Positions 17,235 to 26,244 of a stretch of 32,000 bases of DNA are shown here, piece by piece. A model generated the notes under the pieces. It did no database searches. It saw nothing but the letters and a program-made list of their open reading frames with translations, and was not told the origin of the DNA. The stretch's first letter is position 1, and each line of letters opens with the position of its first letter. Origin of the DNA: Candidatus Nitrospira inopinata (GTDB lineage: Bacteria; Nitrospirota; Nitrospiria; Nitrospirales; Nitrospiraceae); contig NZ_LN885086.1 in assembly GCF_001458695.1 (NCBI RefSeq), positions 1,440,001 through 1,472,000 on the forward strand, given 5' to 3'. A program made the position numbers and the translations under genes.

Positions 17235-17573
17235 ATGGCTCTAATGAACGATGAATCTAAAGAAGTGCTGGTTGTGATGGTGACAGCGCCCAATCAAGAA
17301 GAGGCAGATCGGCTGGCCGAGCAGATCGTCCACGGTCGTCTTGCCGCCTGCGCCACGACAGTTGCCGGTGCAGAGTCCACCTATTGGTGGGAAGGGAAAT
17401 TGGTTAAGGAACGAGAGGTTCTTCTCTTGTTGAAAACGACAGTGGATAAGTTCTCCTCTCTCCAACAGACGATTCAGCGGATTCATCCGTACAAAGTGCC
17501 GGAAATTATTGCTCTGCCGATAAAAGATGGATTGCCACAGTATCTTGAATGGGTGAGGCAAGAGACCAACTAG
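17235..17573 (+). CDS. cutA: Divalent-cation tolerance protein CutA
   Basis: 112 aa from ATG 17235. The CutA1 signature is present (VVMVTAPNQEEADRLAEQIVHGRLAACATTV ... STYWWEGK ... LLLKT ... HPYKVPEIIALPI). The track's longer ORF from 17091 adds a non-homologous leader. Confidence 0.9.
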   Translation: MALMNDESKEVLVVMVTAPNQEEADRLAEQIVHGRLAACATTVAGAESTYWWEGKLVKEREVLLLLKTTVDKFSSLQQTIQRIHPYKVPEIIALPIKDGLPQYLEWVRQETN

Positions 17574-17643
17574 ATGATGGGGGAGTGCACTGGACATGAG
17601 CATGGATCGCAAGTTCTTTCACTCAAATACCGACAAAGGAGGG

Positions 17644-17672
17644 TTGACCCAAGGGATCGGGATGGGTAGACT
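17644..17672 (+). promoter_or_regulatory. Sigma-70-type promoter candidate for the M23 peptidase gene
   Basis: TTGACC (17644-17649), a 17-nt spacer, then TAGACT (17667-17672). This is about 50 nt upstream of ATG 17723. Confidence 0.3.
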
Positions 17673-17722
17673 GACAGCGCTCCTAGCGACTGGGTCACCC
17701 CAAGCATGAAGGAGTGAACACC

Positions 17723-18757
17723 ATGCCTCAGACAAGCAGCCATGAAAGCAGCGAGGCGTACACCGTTGTCATCTTCCGTGGATCGACGGCAAAGCCTATC
17801 AGATTGAACTTTCCCAGAAAACTGGTTCGGACTCTTACCATCATCTGTTGTGTGCTGCTCTTGGCCGATTTTCTCGTCATTTCCCACTACGTTATGAGAA
17901 CCAGAGAGGTCTGGGAATTGGCGGCATTCCGCGCCGAAGCCATGAGTGCTCGAGAGCAAACGGCCGCCTTCTCCTCGGCTGTTGAAGACCTCAAGAAACG
18001 ACTGGTTGCCATGAAAGAGGTCAACCAGCGGCTCCGGGTCATGCTTGGCATCGAAGTCCCTAAAACGACGGGGGACATGGTAAACGGCCGAGGTGGCGAA
18101 GACGTGCCGCTGCCGGAGGGAGGTCAAGTGCCAAGTGCGAGTATATCCTCCGAGTCTGGCGAATATACTGGAAGCTCTCGGCACGCTCATGGCGACGAGG
18201 CTTATAACGGCCAGTCTTCCCTTTTGGACGCCGATCACATCGAGAAATCCCAAATGGCGGCTTCCGTGCGAGAAAGTTTGGAGTGGTTGTCCAAGGAAGC
18301 GACCATTCAAGAGCAAATCTTGAGCGAATTGTCCGAGGCTGCCGAGCAGCGGTCGTCTCGCTGGGCGGCGACACCTTCGATTTGGCCGGTTAAGGGGTGG
18401 GTGACATCGGGATTTGGCCCGCGCATTTCTCCTTTCACCGAGAAGCTAAGTTGGCATGATGGCCTGGATATTGGGGCTGCTCCCAATGCCCCCGTTCAAG
18501 CGACGGCTCAAGGAAGGGTCATCTTGACGGCGTACGATCCGAAGCTTGGCAATATCGTCAAGTTGGACCATGGGTTCGGAATAGAGACCTTGTATGGTCA
18601 CTTGGCCAAGTCGCTCGTCAAGGAAGGGCAGCGAGTCAATCGTGGAGACGTTGTAGGATTAGTAGGGAGTACAGGGCTGTCGACCGGGCCTCACCTGCAT
18701 TATATGGTGAAGGTGAACGGTCAAACCCTTGATCCGCTCAAGTACATTTTGGAGTAG
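17723..18757 (+). CDS. M23/LytM family peptidase (murein hydrolase or activator, EnvC/NlpD-like)
   Basis: An N-terminal TM helix and a coiled-coil-like segment precede a C-terminal LytM domain (WHDGLDIGA ... GNIVKLDHGFGIETLYGHL ... GSTGLSTGPHLHY). GAAGGAG lies upstream of ATG 17723. Confidence 0.9.
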   Translation: MPQTSSHESSEAYTVVIFRGSTAKPIRLNFPRKLVRTLTIICCVLLLADFLVISHYVMRTREVWELAAFRAEAMSAREQTAAFSSAVEDLKKRLVAMKEVNQRLRVMLGIEVPKTTGDMVNGRGGEDVPLPEGGQVPSASISSESGEYTGSSRHAHGDEAYNGQSSLLDADHIEKSQMAASVRESLEWLSKEATIQEQILSELSEAAEQRSSRWAATPSIWPVKGWVTSGFGPRISPFTEKLSWHDGLDIGAAPNAPVQATAQGRVILTAYDPKLGNIVKLDHGFGIETLYGHLAKSLVKEGQRVNRGDVVGLVGSTGLSTGPHLHYMVKVNGQTLDPLKYILE

Positions 18758-18936
18758 CTCCGCGACCGCTCGTTTCCGGTTCCCTCAAACGACGATTCTT
18801 TTCCTTCTCCCGTATAGGGCTAAGCGCCAGGGAAGAAGGGGAAAGGTGAGTCGCCCCCCAACGAAGCGAATGATGCAGGTGGACTTCTTCTCTGCGATGA
18901 ACTCTTTCCTGAAATTTCTCCGATCAAACCCGTGCC

Positions 18937-20619
18937 ATGACCGATCTTGAAATCGCCAGATCGGTCAGGCCTCGGCCGGTGCAGGCCATCGCGCAAGATC
19001 TAGGGCTCTCTCCGGATGAAGTGATCCCCTACGGTCGGCTGAAGGCCAAAGTTTCGCTCCATGCCCCGGAACGATTACGATCCAAGCGTGCGGGGCGATA
19101 CATCCTCGTCACGGCTATCAATCCGACTCCGTTAGGAGAAGGGAAAACCACCACGTCGATTGGCCTGACCATGGGGCTTCACCGGCTGGGGTACCGGGCG
19201 GCCGTGACGCTCAGGCAGCCTTCCCTGGGACCGGTGTTCGGGGTCAAGGGCGGAGGAACCGGCGGAGGATATGCGCAGGTGGTTCCCATGGAGGACATCA
19301 ATCTCCATTTGACGGGGGATGCGCACGCCGTGGCCGCCGCTCACAATCTGCTCTCGGCGTTTCTGGACAATCACCTCTTCCACGGCAATGTCTTCGACGT
19401 CGATACGAATCGTATTTTCTGGCCTCGGGCGTTGGGGGTCAGCGACCGTGCGCTTCGAGAGATTCGGCTTGGAGAGGAGGCCGGGGGGCGACCAGGCCGA
19501 TTTGTCATCACGGAGGCGTCCGAGGTGATGGCGATATTGGCGTTGGCCGACAGCCCGCGGGACTTGAAAGAACGTCTCGGCCGTATTGTCGTGGGAGTGA
19601 CGAAATCGGGCGCTGCCGTCGTCGCGGAACAGCTTGGCTGCGTCGGTTCGATGGCCGTCTTGTTGAAGGACGCGCTGGCTCCGAATCTGGTCCAAACGCT
19701 GGAAGGAACGCCGGCCTTTGTTCACACGGGGCCGTTCGGGAACATCGCGCACGGCAACTGTTCCGTGCTCTCCGACGCCATCGCCCTTCGGTGCGCCGAT
19801 TTCGTGGTGACCGAAGCGGGATTCGGGAGCGACTTGGGCGCTGAAAAGTTTTTCAACATCAAGTGCCGCGCGTCGGGATTCAAACCGGATGCGGCGGTGG
19901 TGGTGGCGACCTTGCGGGCGTTGAAACTCCAGGGAGGAGCCGGCCCGGCCAAGGCCGGCGCGCCGTTGCCGCCCGACCTGACGGGACCCAACCAAGACGC
20001 CTTGGCAAAAGGGTTTGCCAACTTGATTCAACACATTGCCAACGTGAAGAGACACGGAGTGCCGGTGGTGGTGGCGGTGAACGTGTTCAAGGACGATCCC
20101 CAGGCCGAATTGGAGTGGGTTCGGGAACAGTCGATCAAAGCGGGAGCCGTCGAGGCGGCCCTGTCCACCCATTGGGCGGATGGAGGCAGAGGGGCGGAGC
20201 AACTGGCGGCCGCGGTCGTCAAAGCCTGCGAGCAGCCGTCGCAGTTTCACCATCTCTACGAACTGTCCTGGCCGATTCGGAAAAAGATCGAGACCATTGC
20301 GACCACGATGTATGGGGCGGAGGGGGTCGTCTTTGAGCCAGAAGCGGAACGACAAATAGAGAGGGCCGAGGTTTTGGGGTTCGGGGGGCTGCCCATCTGT
20401 ATGGCCAAGACGCCGTTTTCGTTGTCTCACGATCCCAGCCTGAAAGGAAGACCGACCGGCTTTATCGTTCCTATCAAAGAATTACGCATTCTGGCCGGCG
20501 CCGGATTTCTCACGGCCGTTTGTTCGGGGATTCAATTGATGCCGGGATTGCCGAAGAAGCCGGCGGGGGAGCGAATCGACCTGGACCCGGTCAGTGGAGA
20601 GATTGTCGGGCTTTCATAG
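18937..20619 (+). CDS. fhs: Formate--tetrahydrofolate ligase
   Basis: 560 aa with the FTHFS signature PTPLGEGKTTTSIGL, an end-to-end family-like sequence, and PICMAKTPFSLSHDP near the C-terminus. Confidence 0.97.
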   Translation: MTDLEIARSVRPRPVQAIAQDLGLSPDEVIPYGRLKAKVSLHAPERLRSKRAGRYILVTAINPTPLGEGKTTTSIGLTMGLHRLGYRAAVTLRQPSLGPVFGVKGGGTGGGYAQVVPMEDINLHLTGDAHAVAAAHNLLSAFLDNHLFHGNVFDVDTNRIFWPRALGVSDRALREIRLGEEAGGRPGRFVITEASEVMAILALADSPRDLKERLGRIVVGVTKSGAAVVAEQLGCVGSMAVLLKDALAPNLVQTLEGTPAFVHTGPFGNIAHGNCSVLSDAIALRCADFVVTEAGFGSDLGAEKFFNIKCRASGFKPDAAVVVATLRALKLQGGAGPAKAGAPLPPDLTGPNQDALAKGFANLIQHIANVKRHGVPVVVAVNVFKDDPQAELEWVREQSIKAGAVEAALSTHWADGGRGAEQLAAAVVKACEQPSQFHHLYELSWPIRKKIETIATTMYGAEGVVFEPEAERQIERAEVLGFGGLPICMAKTPFSLSHDPSLKGRPTGFIVPIKELRILAGAGFLTAVCSGIQLMPGLPKKPAGERIDLDPVSGEIVGLS

Positions 20620-20659
20620 AAAAGGCGGCTCCGAGTCGGAGTGACCCGACAAGGCGCGG

Positions 20660-21529
20660 TCACGGGCCTCCCCGCTGTTTAAGGTAGCGGAGAAATTCAG
20701 AATCGGGACTCATCACAAGCGTGGATTTGTCCTTAAACGTGGCCTTGTACGCTTCCATTGAACGGGTGAACTCAAAGAACTTGGGGTCTTGACGGTACGC
20801 TTCCGCGTAGATGCGAAATGCCTTGGCGTCACCGCTCCCACGCAGCTCTTCCGCTTCCTTGTAGGCCTGGGCCAAGATGATTTCCCGATCTTTTTCCGCT
20901 TCGGACCTGATTTTTTGGGCTTCCTCGGCTCCTTCGGCGCGGTATTGCTTGGCCTGCCGTTCCCGCTCGGCCTGCATGCGGGCGAAGACCGCCTTCTCGT
21001 TTTGCTCGGGCAGGTCGGCGCGTTTGATCCGCACGTCCTGGATCTCAATCCCATAGACGGACGCCTTTTCGTTCGCCCGCTTGGACACCACCCGCATGAT
21101 ATCCGCTCTCGTGCTGGAGACGATTTCCAAGAGATCGTGACGCCCCAATTCGACGCGCAGTTCGGAATAGATGATGTCGTGCAGCCGCTGCAAGGCACCG
21201 CGCTGGCTTTGGAAGGCCTGATAGACCTTCAAGGGATCGATGATGCGCCATTTGGCGAAGTTGTCGAGCAAGAGGGTCTTCTTGTCTTGAGTGATGACGT
21301 CTTGGGGGGTGGAGTCGTAATCCAGGAGCCGCTTGTCGAAATAGGTCACCTCCTGGACGAAAGGCATCTTGAAGTACAAGCCCGGCTCCGTGATGTTCCG
21401 CACCGGTTTGCCGAGTTGAACGACGATCGCGGTTTGTGTGATGTCCACGACGAAAAAGGGCGACGCCCCCAATACGAGCAACGCCACGACAACCGCGATC
21501 AGCGCGACGATAATACCCTGCATCGTCAT
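20660..21529 (-). CDS. hflC: Protease modulator HflC (SPFH/band-7)
   Basis: 289 aa with an N-terminal TM helix and an SPFH domain, followed by a charged coiled-coil (ERERQAKQYRAEGAEEAQKIRSEAEKDRE). Its start overlaps the hflK stop by 4 nt. Confidence 0.92.
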   Translation of the reverse strand: MTMQGIIVALIAVVVALLVLGASPFFVVDITQTAIVVQLGKPVRNITEPGLYFKMPFVQEVTYFDKRLLDYDSTPQDVITQDKKTLLLDNFAKWRIIDPLKVYQAFQSQRGALQRLHDIIYSELRVELGRHDLLEIVSSTRADIMRVVSKRANEKASVYGIEIQDVRIKRADLPEQNEKAVFARMQAERERQAKQYRAEGAEEAQKIRSEAEKDREIILAQAYKEAEELRGSGDAKAFRIYAEAYRQDPKFFEFTRSMEAYKATFKDKSTLVMSPDSEFLRYLKQRGGP

Positions 21530-22584
21530 GGTTGAGTCTCCGCCGCTTCCAATTTGGGCGTCGGCTTGGTCAGCCGGTCCAGGGGCAGATAGGGCAAGAC
21601 GCGATCGCCGCCCTTCCCGTCGATGATGACCTTTTCCATGTTCGGGAGGATTTCTTCCATCGTTTCGATATAGATCCGCTTGCTGATCACGTCCTTCGCC
21701 TGCTGATATTCCCTGAGCGTGGCGAGGAATCGGTTGGCCTCGCCTTGGGCCCGGTTGACCCTGGCCTGCGCGTACCCTCTCGCGCGGTTGACCAGTTCCG
21801 CCGCTTCACCCTTGGCTCTGGGGATGATGTCGTTCCGGTAGCCCTGCGCCTGATTGATCAGTTTCTCACGGTCTTCCTTGGCGTTGGTCACGTCTTTGAA
21901 CGCGGCGGCTACCGCCTCCGGTGGGTCCACGTCCTGGAGCTGGACGGCGGCCACCTGGACGCCGGCGTGATAGTCATCGAGGATGCTCTGGAGCAAGGTC
22001 ATGGTGCCTTGCTGAATTTCGGCCTTTCCCGTGGTCAGGGCTTCGTCGATTTTGCTTTTGCCGACCACTTCCCGCATCGCGGCCTCGGCGGCCTTTCCGA
22101 TCGTCTCGTGAATATCCGCCACGTTGAACAGATACTCGCTCGACTCTTTGATCTTGTACTGGACGATGAATTCGACGGCGAGGATGTTCATGTCGCCCGT
22201 CAACATCAGGGCTTCTTGCGGGACCATTTGTTGCCGACCTTGGAGATTGGTCCGGAACCCGACCTCCACACGGTGGAGTTTGGCCACTTTGGGTTGAAGG
22301 ACGGTCTCAATCAGCGGGATCTTGAAATGGGGGCCGGGCTCCACCGTCCGCACCGGCGTCCCGAAACGCTTGACGACTCCTTCTTCATCGGGGGCCACAA
22401 TAAAGATGCTTTGCCAGACCAGGAGAATCAGCAGCGCGGCGACGACGATGTTGACCACGCCGCCCGATGGGAGCTTGAACCCTCCCGGCGGAAAAAGATT
22501 CTTCAATTGCGCCTGGGCCTGCTTGAGGGCTTCTTCCAGCGGGTCTTGTCGTCGGCTCCAAGGATCTTTGGGGTCCCACACCAT
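21526..22584 (-). CDS. hflK: Protease modulator HflK (SPFH/band-7)
   Basis: 352 aa with an HflK-type N-terminus (DPWSRRQDPLEEALKQAQAQLKNLFP), a TM helix, an SPFH domain and a QGEANRF-type C-terminal region. Confidence 0.92.
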   Translation of the reverse strand: MVWDPKDPWSRRQDPLEEALKQAQAQLKNLFPPGGFKLPSGGVVNIVVAALLILLVWQSIFIVAPDEEGVVKRFGTPVRTVEPGPHFKIPLIETVLQPKVAKLHRVEVGFRTNLQGRQQMVPQEALMLTGDMNILAVEFIVQYKIKESSEYLFNVADIHETIGKAAEAAMREVVGKSKIDEALTTGKAEIQQGTMTLLQSILDDYHAGVQVAAVQLQDVDPPEAVAAAFKDVTNAKEDREKLINQAQGYRNDIIPRAKGEAAELVNRARGYAQARVNRAQGEANRFLATLREYQQAKDVISKRIYIETMEEILPNMEKVIIDGKGGDRVLPYLPLDRLTKPTPKLEAAETQP

Positions 22585-22670
22585 AAAAGAAACCGCTCGC
22601 TCTGCGTTGTGGTGGCTGGAGGAAGTCAGGACGGTGCCAACTTAGCAGAAGGAAAGAAGCGGGGGCAACC

Positions 22671-23798
22671 CTAAAAAGCCAGGGCAAAGATCCGGTAGGA
22701 GAGGCCGGCGAGACACGCCGATACCGGCAATGTGACGATCCAGGCAAACACCATGTCGCGAACGGTCCGCCACCGGATTGTGCGAACGCCGTTCCGGAAG
22801 CCGATCCCGATGATGGCGGAGCTGCTGACGTGCGTGGTTGAGACCGGCAACCCCATGATGCCGGATAAAAGAACCAGAGAAGACGTCGTCAGATTCGCCG
22901 AGAGTCCTTCCACATGATCCATTGTTGTGACGCGCTCGGCCAGCACCGTCGTGACACGCAACCCTCCAAGGTAACTGCCGATCCCCATCGCCAGCGCAAC
23001 TCCGCCGAACCATGCAAGCGGTGATGCGCCGCCTAGCCCTGCCGCGGATATGGAACCAAGCAGAAGCATCGCCACGATTTTCGGCGCGTCGTTCATCCCG
23101 CGGGCGAACGACGCCAGGCCGCTGGAAAGCCAATGCGCCGTATCCAGTCCCAGCACAAGCCCTCGCAAGCCGGCCCGCTCGCAGTGCAACGGGACGGCGG
23201 CGACCGGTCGGCCGAAGGTCGTCGTTTGGAATAGGGTTCTGGTGCCGCCGTGCGCGTCGATGGTCACTAAGGCGCGGGATGCCGGCATGACGCAGAGGCA
23301 GCTTCCTTCCCATCGCGTCGCTGCGTGACGCATCGCCGGATAGAGAAGAAAAGAAACGGCCAGAGCCAGCAGCGGGCCGAGCAAGAGCGGCAACGCGATC
23401 TTCTTGGCGATGGCGGGCCAGATCAATGCTTCGGGGGGCAAGGAGGTCAACCCCGCTCCCACGATGGCGCCGGTCAAGGCATGGGTCGTTGAAACAGGAA
23501 GGCCGGCGCGTGATGCGAACAAGATCCAGACTATCGTTCCGGTCAAGATCGACAGAACGGCTGCGGGCTGGAACATCGTGTCGGGCCGAACAAGGCCTCC
23601 GCTGAAGGTCTTGACCATCGCTCCGCCGATGAACGCCGAGGCCGAGGCGCCGGCGACGGTCCAGATAGTTCCCCAGAGGATGGCGGTGTTGTATTCGGTG
23701 ACCCCGCTTCCCACGAGAGTGGCGACGGACTTCGATACGTCGTTCGAGCCGTTGGCGTAGGCTAGAGCCAGGATAAGGAAGAAGGCGAGCAGCTCCAT
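22671..23798 (-). CDS. pit: PiT (PHO4) family inorganic phosphate transporter
   Basis: The duplicated PiT signature is present (NGSNDVSKSVATLVGSG and RGMNDAPKIVAMLL) in a polytopic protein. ATG 23798 is likely; the track uses TTG 23807. Confidence 0.9.
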   Translation of the reverse strand: MELLAFFLILALAYANGSNDVSKSVATLVGSGVTEYNTAILWGTIWTVAGASASAFIGGAMVKTFSGGLVRPDTMFQPAAVLSILTGTIVWILFASRAGLPVSTTHALTGAIVGAGLTSLPPEALIWPAIAKKIALPLLLGPLLALAVSFLLYPAMRHAATRWEGSCLCVMPASRALVTIDAHGGTRTLFQTTTFGRPVAAVPLHCERAGLRGLVLGLDTAHWLSSGLASFARGMNDAPKIVAMLLLGSISAAGLGGASPLAWFGGVALAMGIGSYLGGLRVTTVLAERVTTMDHVEGLSANLTTSSLVLLSGIMGLPVSTTHVSSSAIIGIGFRNGVRTIRWRTVRDMVFAWIVTLPVSACLAGLSYRIFALAF

Positions 23799-23884
23799 GG
23801 TGATCAATCAGATGGAAGACATCACCCGCGAGGAGCGCTTTGGCGTTTGCTGTCGAAGGGCCTGCAATCTGAGCCGTGAGTGAT

Positions 23885-24925
23885 TCATCCGGTCACACTT
23901 CCGCCGCAGGAGGAGCCCGTTCCCGCGGTGCAGCCATAACAGTGGTTTCTCGTCACGATCTGACGTCGGTGGAGTCTGGTCGGATCGAAGTCCCGAATAT
24001 GCCTCGGCGCGCCATGAGAGACCGGCAAATCGAGCATTTGGTTAAAGTCGCAATCGTACAACGTCCCATCCCAGCCGACCGACAGGGTGTACCGACACAT
24101 CACGCCGGCGGCGGCTATGGGATTGAACGCATTCGCCAGCCGCGTCATGTACTGTTCGTAGTTGCCGCTTTCCAATAAGAAGGCCAGAAACCGGCTGATC
24201 GGCATGTTCGTGATGGTGTAGAGCCGGTTGAATTCGACGCCGTGCTTGGCCCGCAGTTCGCGCTTGAACTGGGCTTCGAGGGCCGACTGTTTGGGCGGCA
24301 GAAAGGCGCCGACCGGATTATGGACCAGATTCAGGACGAGTCCACTCTCCGGCCGGCCGTAGCCGGCCTGGTTGAGCAGGCGAAGCGCCTCCATCGATTT
24401 CTCAAAGACCCCTTCGCCCCGCTGCGTGTCGGTTTGGCCGGCTCGAAACGACGGCAGGGAGGCGATGATCTCGACACGGTGCTCGGCCAGAAAGTGAGCC
24501 AAGTCCGCTTGCGACGGAAGCAGCAGGACCGACAGGTTGCACCGATCGATCACGTGACGTCCCAGGGCGCGAGCCTGTTCGACCAACCGGCGAAAGTTGG
24601 GGTTGAGTTCCGGCGCCCCGCCGGTGAGATCCACCGTGGGAATGTCGGTCCGGGCCAAGGCTGCCAGGCACTGTTCCGCCGTCTCTCTCGACATGCTCTC
24701 CGGTCGATCAGGTCCCGCGTCCACGTGGCAGTGACGGCAGGTCTGGTTGCAGAGCTTGCCCACGTTGATCTGAAGCACGGTGATACCTGTGGCATGAAGC
24801 GGAAAGAGCCCGGCCTCGCGAAGCCGAAGGTCAAAGGGCGACGGACCGGAAGGGCGATCAAGAACCCGAAGTTGTTCGGCCGGCGAGGCCAGCGGGCTGC
24901 TTCGGCCAAGCAACGTCAGGGCCAT
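23885..24925 (-). CDS. arsS: Radical SAM / Cys-rich domain protein, ArsS-like (arsenosugar-type biosynthesis)
   Basis: Contains the CNQTCRHCH (CxxxCxxC) cluster motif and a Cys-rich C-terminus (CYGCTAGTGSSCGG). It abuts arsM with zero spacer (TAAATG at 24923-24928 on the minus strand). Confidence 0.75.
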   Translation of the reverse strand: MALTLLGRSSPLASPAEQLRVLDRPSGPSPFDLRLREAGLFPLHATGITVLQINVGKLCNQTCRHCHVDAGPDRPESMSRETAEQCLAALARTDIPTVDLTGGAPELNPNFRRLVEQARALGRHVIDRCNLSVLLLPSQADLAHFLAEHRVEIIASLPSFRAGQTDTQRGEGVFEKSMEALRLLNQAGYGRPESGLVLNLVHNPVGAFLPPKQSALEAQFKRELRAKHGVEFNRLYTITNMPISRFLAFLLESGNYEQYMTRLANAFNPIAAAGVMCRYTLSVGWDGTLYDCDFNQMLDLPVSHGAPRHIRDFDPTRLHRRQIVTRNHCYGCTAGTGSSCGGSVTG

Positions 24926-26113
24926 TTAACAGCAGCCTCCGTTTGGAGCGCACTCGACAGCGGTCTCGCCGACGGGTTGCCCGGCCCGATTCAGGATTAC
25001 GAAGTGGGAAGCATACCCGTCCGTCTGCAACACGGCCAGAGTCTTGGAACAGATCTCAAGGGGCTCTCCCCGTCGATAGACGTGCTGATCGTCATCGGCC
25101 GCTTCCAAGAAGGGGCCGGCCAGCAGCGCGTAGTGGCCTTGCCAGGTGCAGGGAGTCTGAGCCGGCAGCACGGCCTGCCAGCGTGGGTCGGCGGCGTCAA
25201 GCTGAACCGGTTCGGTAGTAAGGAGGAAGTGATGAGCCAGCGCAGCGGTGGATAAGAGCCATCCTTGTTCCGGCGAAATCGGCCGTGGGATGCCACGTTC
25301 GTACGTGGTTCCCAGCTCATCGACCACTTGGCGAAACGGTCCGCGGAGGGTCGCATATCGAGAGGCCATAGAGGGGATGGACAGCGGCTGTTTGTAGCCG
25401 GTCAAGGTAACGGAAAAGAAATGGATTCCGTCGATCACACGCCAGGGCGAGAACTTGACCAAATGGATGCCCAGAAAGCCGGCATCCATCAGGCCGTTCA
25501 TATAGTCGGTCAGCGTCAGCGCCCCGGACAAACAATCGCCCCATTTTCCCGCGTCATGGACGAGATATTGCGGCACGGTCTGATCCGACACGATATCGGA
25601 AATGGTAAACCGCCCGCCCGGTTTCGCCACGCGGAATATTTCGTCGAACACCTTGCGCTTGTCCGGTGCCAGGTTGATGACGCAGTTCGAGATGATGAGA
25701 TCGATCATGCCGTCCTCGACCGGCATGGCGTCGGCCAGGCCCTTGCGAAATTCCACATTGGATGAAGGATAACCGAGGTTGGCCGCCACAATCGGCGCAT
25801 TTCGCCTGGCAATATCCAGCATCACGTCGGTCATATCGATGCCGATCACGCGGCCGGTCGGGCCGACCAGACGGGAGGCTTCAAAACAATCGATGCCACC
25901 TCCGGACCCGATGTCCAACACCGTTTCACCAGGACGGACCGTGTCGAGTCCGACCGGGGTCCCGCAGCCGTAGGAGACCGTGAGCACTTCTTCTGGAATA
26001 AAGGTCTTGAGCCGTTGCATGTCGTAGCTCGTCGGGCAACACATCTGCTCGCCGCTGGCGGCGGCCTTGGCGTAGCGGTCGCTGACTTTTTGAGTGACGG
26101 CATCAATCGGCAT
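24926..26113 (-). CDS. arsM: Arsenite S-adenosylmethionine methyltransferase
   Basis: 395 aa. The class I SAM motif is VLDIGSGGGIDCF. The four cysteine positions typical of ArsM are present (MCCPTSY, YGCGTP, SNCVINL, GDCLSGAL). GGAGG lies upstream of the ATG. Confidence 0.85.
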   Translation of the reverse strand: MPIDAVTQKVSDRYAKAAASGEQMCCPTSYDMQRLKTFIPEEVLTVSYGCGTPVGLDTVRPGETVLDIGSGGGIDCFEASRLVGPTGRVIGIDMTDVMLDIARRNAPIVAANLGYPSSNVEFRKGLADAMPVEDGMIDLIISNCVINLAPDKRKVFDEIFRVAKPGGRFTISDIVSDQTVPQYLVHDAGKWGDCLSGALTLTDYMNGLMDAGFLGIHLVKFSPWRVIDGIHFFSVTLTGYKQPLSIPSMASRYATLRGPFRQVVDELGTTYERGIPRPISPEQGWLLSTAALAHHFLLTTEPVQLDAADPRWQAVLPAQTPCTWQGHYALLAGPFLEAADDDQHVYRRGEPLEICSKTLAVLQTDGYASHFVILNRAGQPVGETAVECAPNGGCC

Positions 26114-26162
26114 GGCGGCCTCCGTTTTTGATCTGATGGAACCGAGCGGGCTCGGCCCTGCT

Positions 26163-26192
26163 TATGTATCAAGCCCTCGTGCGCCGGGTCAA
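26163..26192 (-). promoter_or_regulatory. Sigma-70-type promoter candidate for arsM-arsS(-pit)
   Basis: On the minus strand: TTGACC (26192-26187), an 18-nt spacer, then TACATA (26168-26163). A CCGAG-cccg-CTCGG hairpin lies in the predicted 5' UTR. Confidence 0.3.
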
Positions 26193-26244
26193 TCGGGGGG
26201 TGGGGGATGTAAAAACCGTTGGGAACGGAAGGGAATGGGGGCTC

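Noticed and set aside
17574-17669. 31-codon ORF (MMGECTGHEHGSQVL...) starting at the cutA stop, with a Cys/His cluster
   Set aside because: It has no Shine-Dalgarno and a basic, low-complexity tail, and it overlaps the predicted M23 promoter. There is no evidence beyond an open frame.
18758-18936. ZTP (pfl) or THF riboswitch in the 179-nt leader of fhs
   Set aside because: fhs is a known ZTP-riboswitch target, but I could not find the conserved GGGxCGUGACUGGCG-type 5' domain or the CCGCCUGGGC 3' element. Only a loose gcgccaggg is present. An Rfam scan would settle this.
19132-20430. 432-aa antisense ORF inside fhs
   Set aside because: The fhs frame has unmistakable family signatures. The antisense product is Arg/Pro-rich with no recognisable domain.
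20789-22674. Two long plus-strand ORFs (248 and 380 aa) opposite hflC and hflK
   Set aside because: They are mirror-image shadow ORFs. The HflK/HflC frames show SPFH domains, TM anchors and a 4-nt coupled junction.
23885-24925. Selenocysteine recoding in the radical-SAM/Cys-rich gene
   Set aside because: Some members of this family reportedly contain Sec, but here the ORF is continuous with Cys at the C-terminal positions and no in-frame TGA.
24242-25255. 337-aa plus-strand ORF opposite arsS/arsM
   Set aside because: It has no motifs and is Arg/Gly-rich. The minus-strand frames carry the radical-SAM CxxxCxxC motif and the SAM-methyltransferase motifs.
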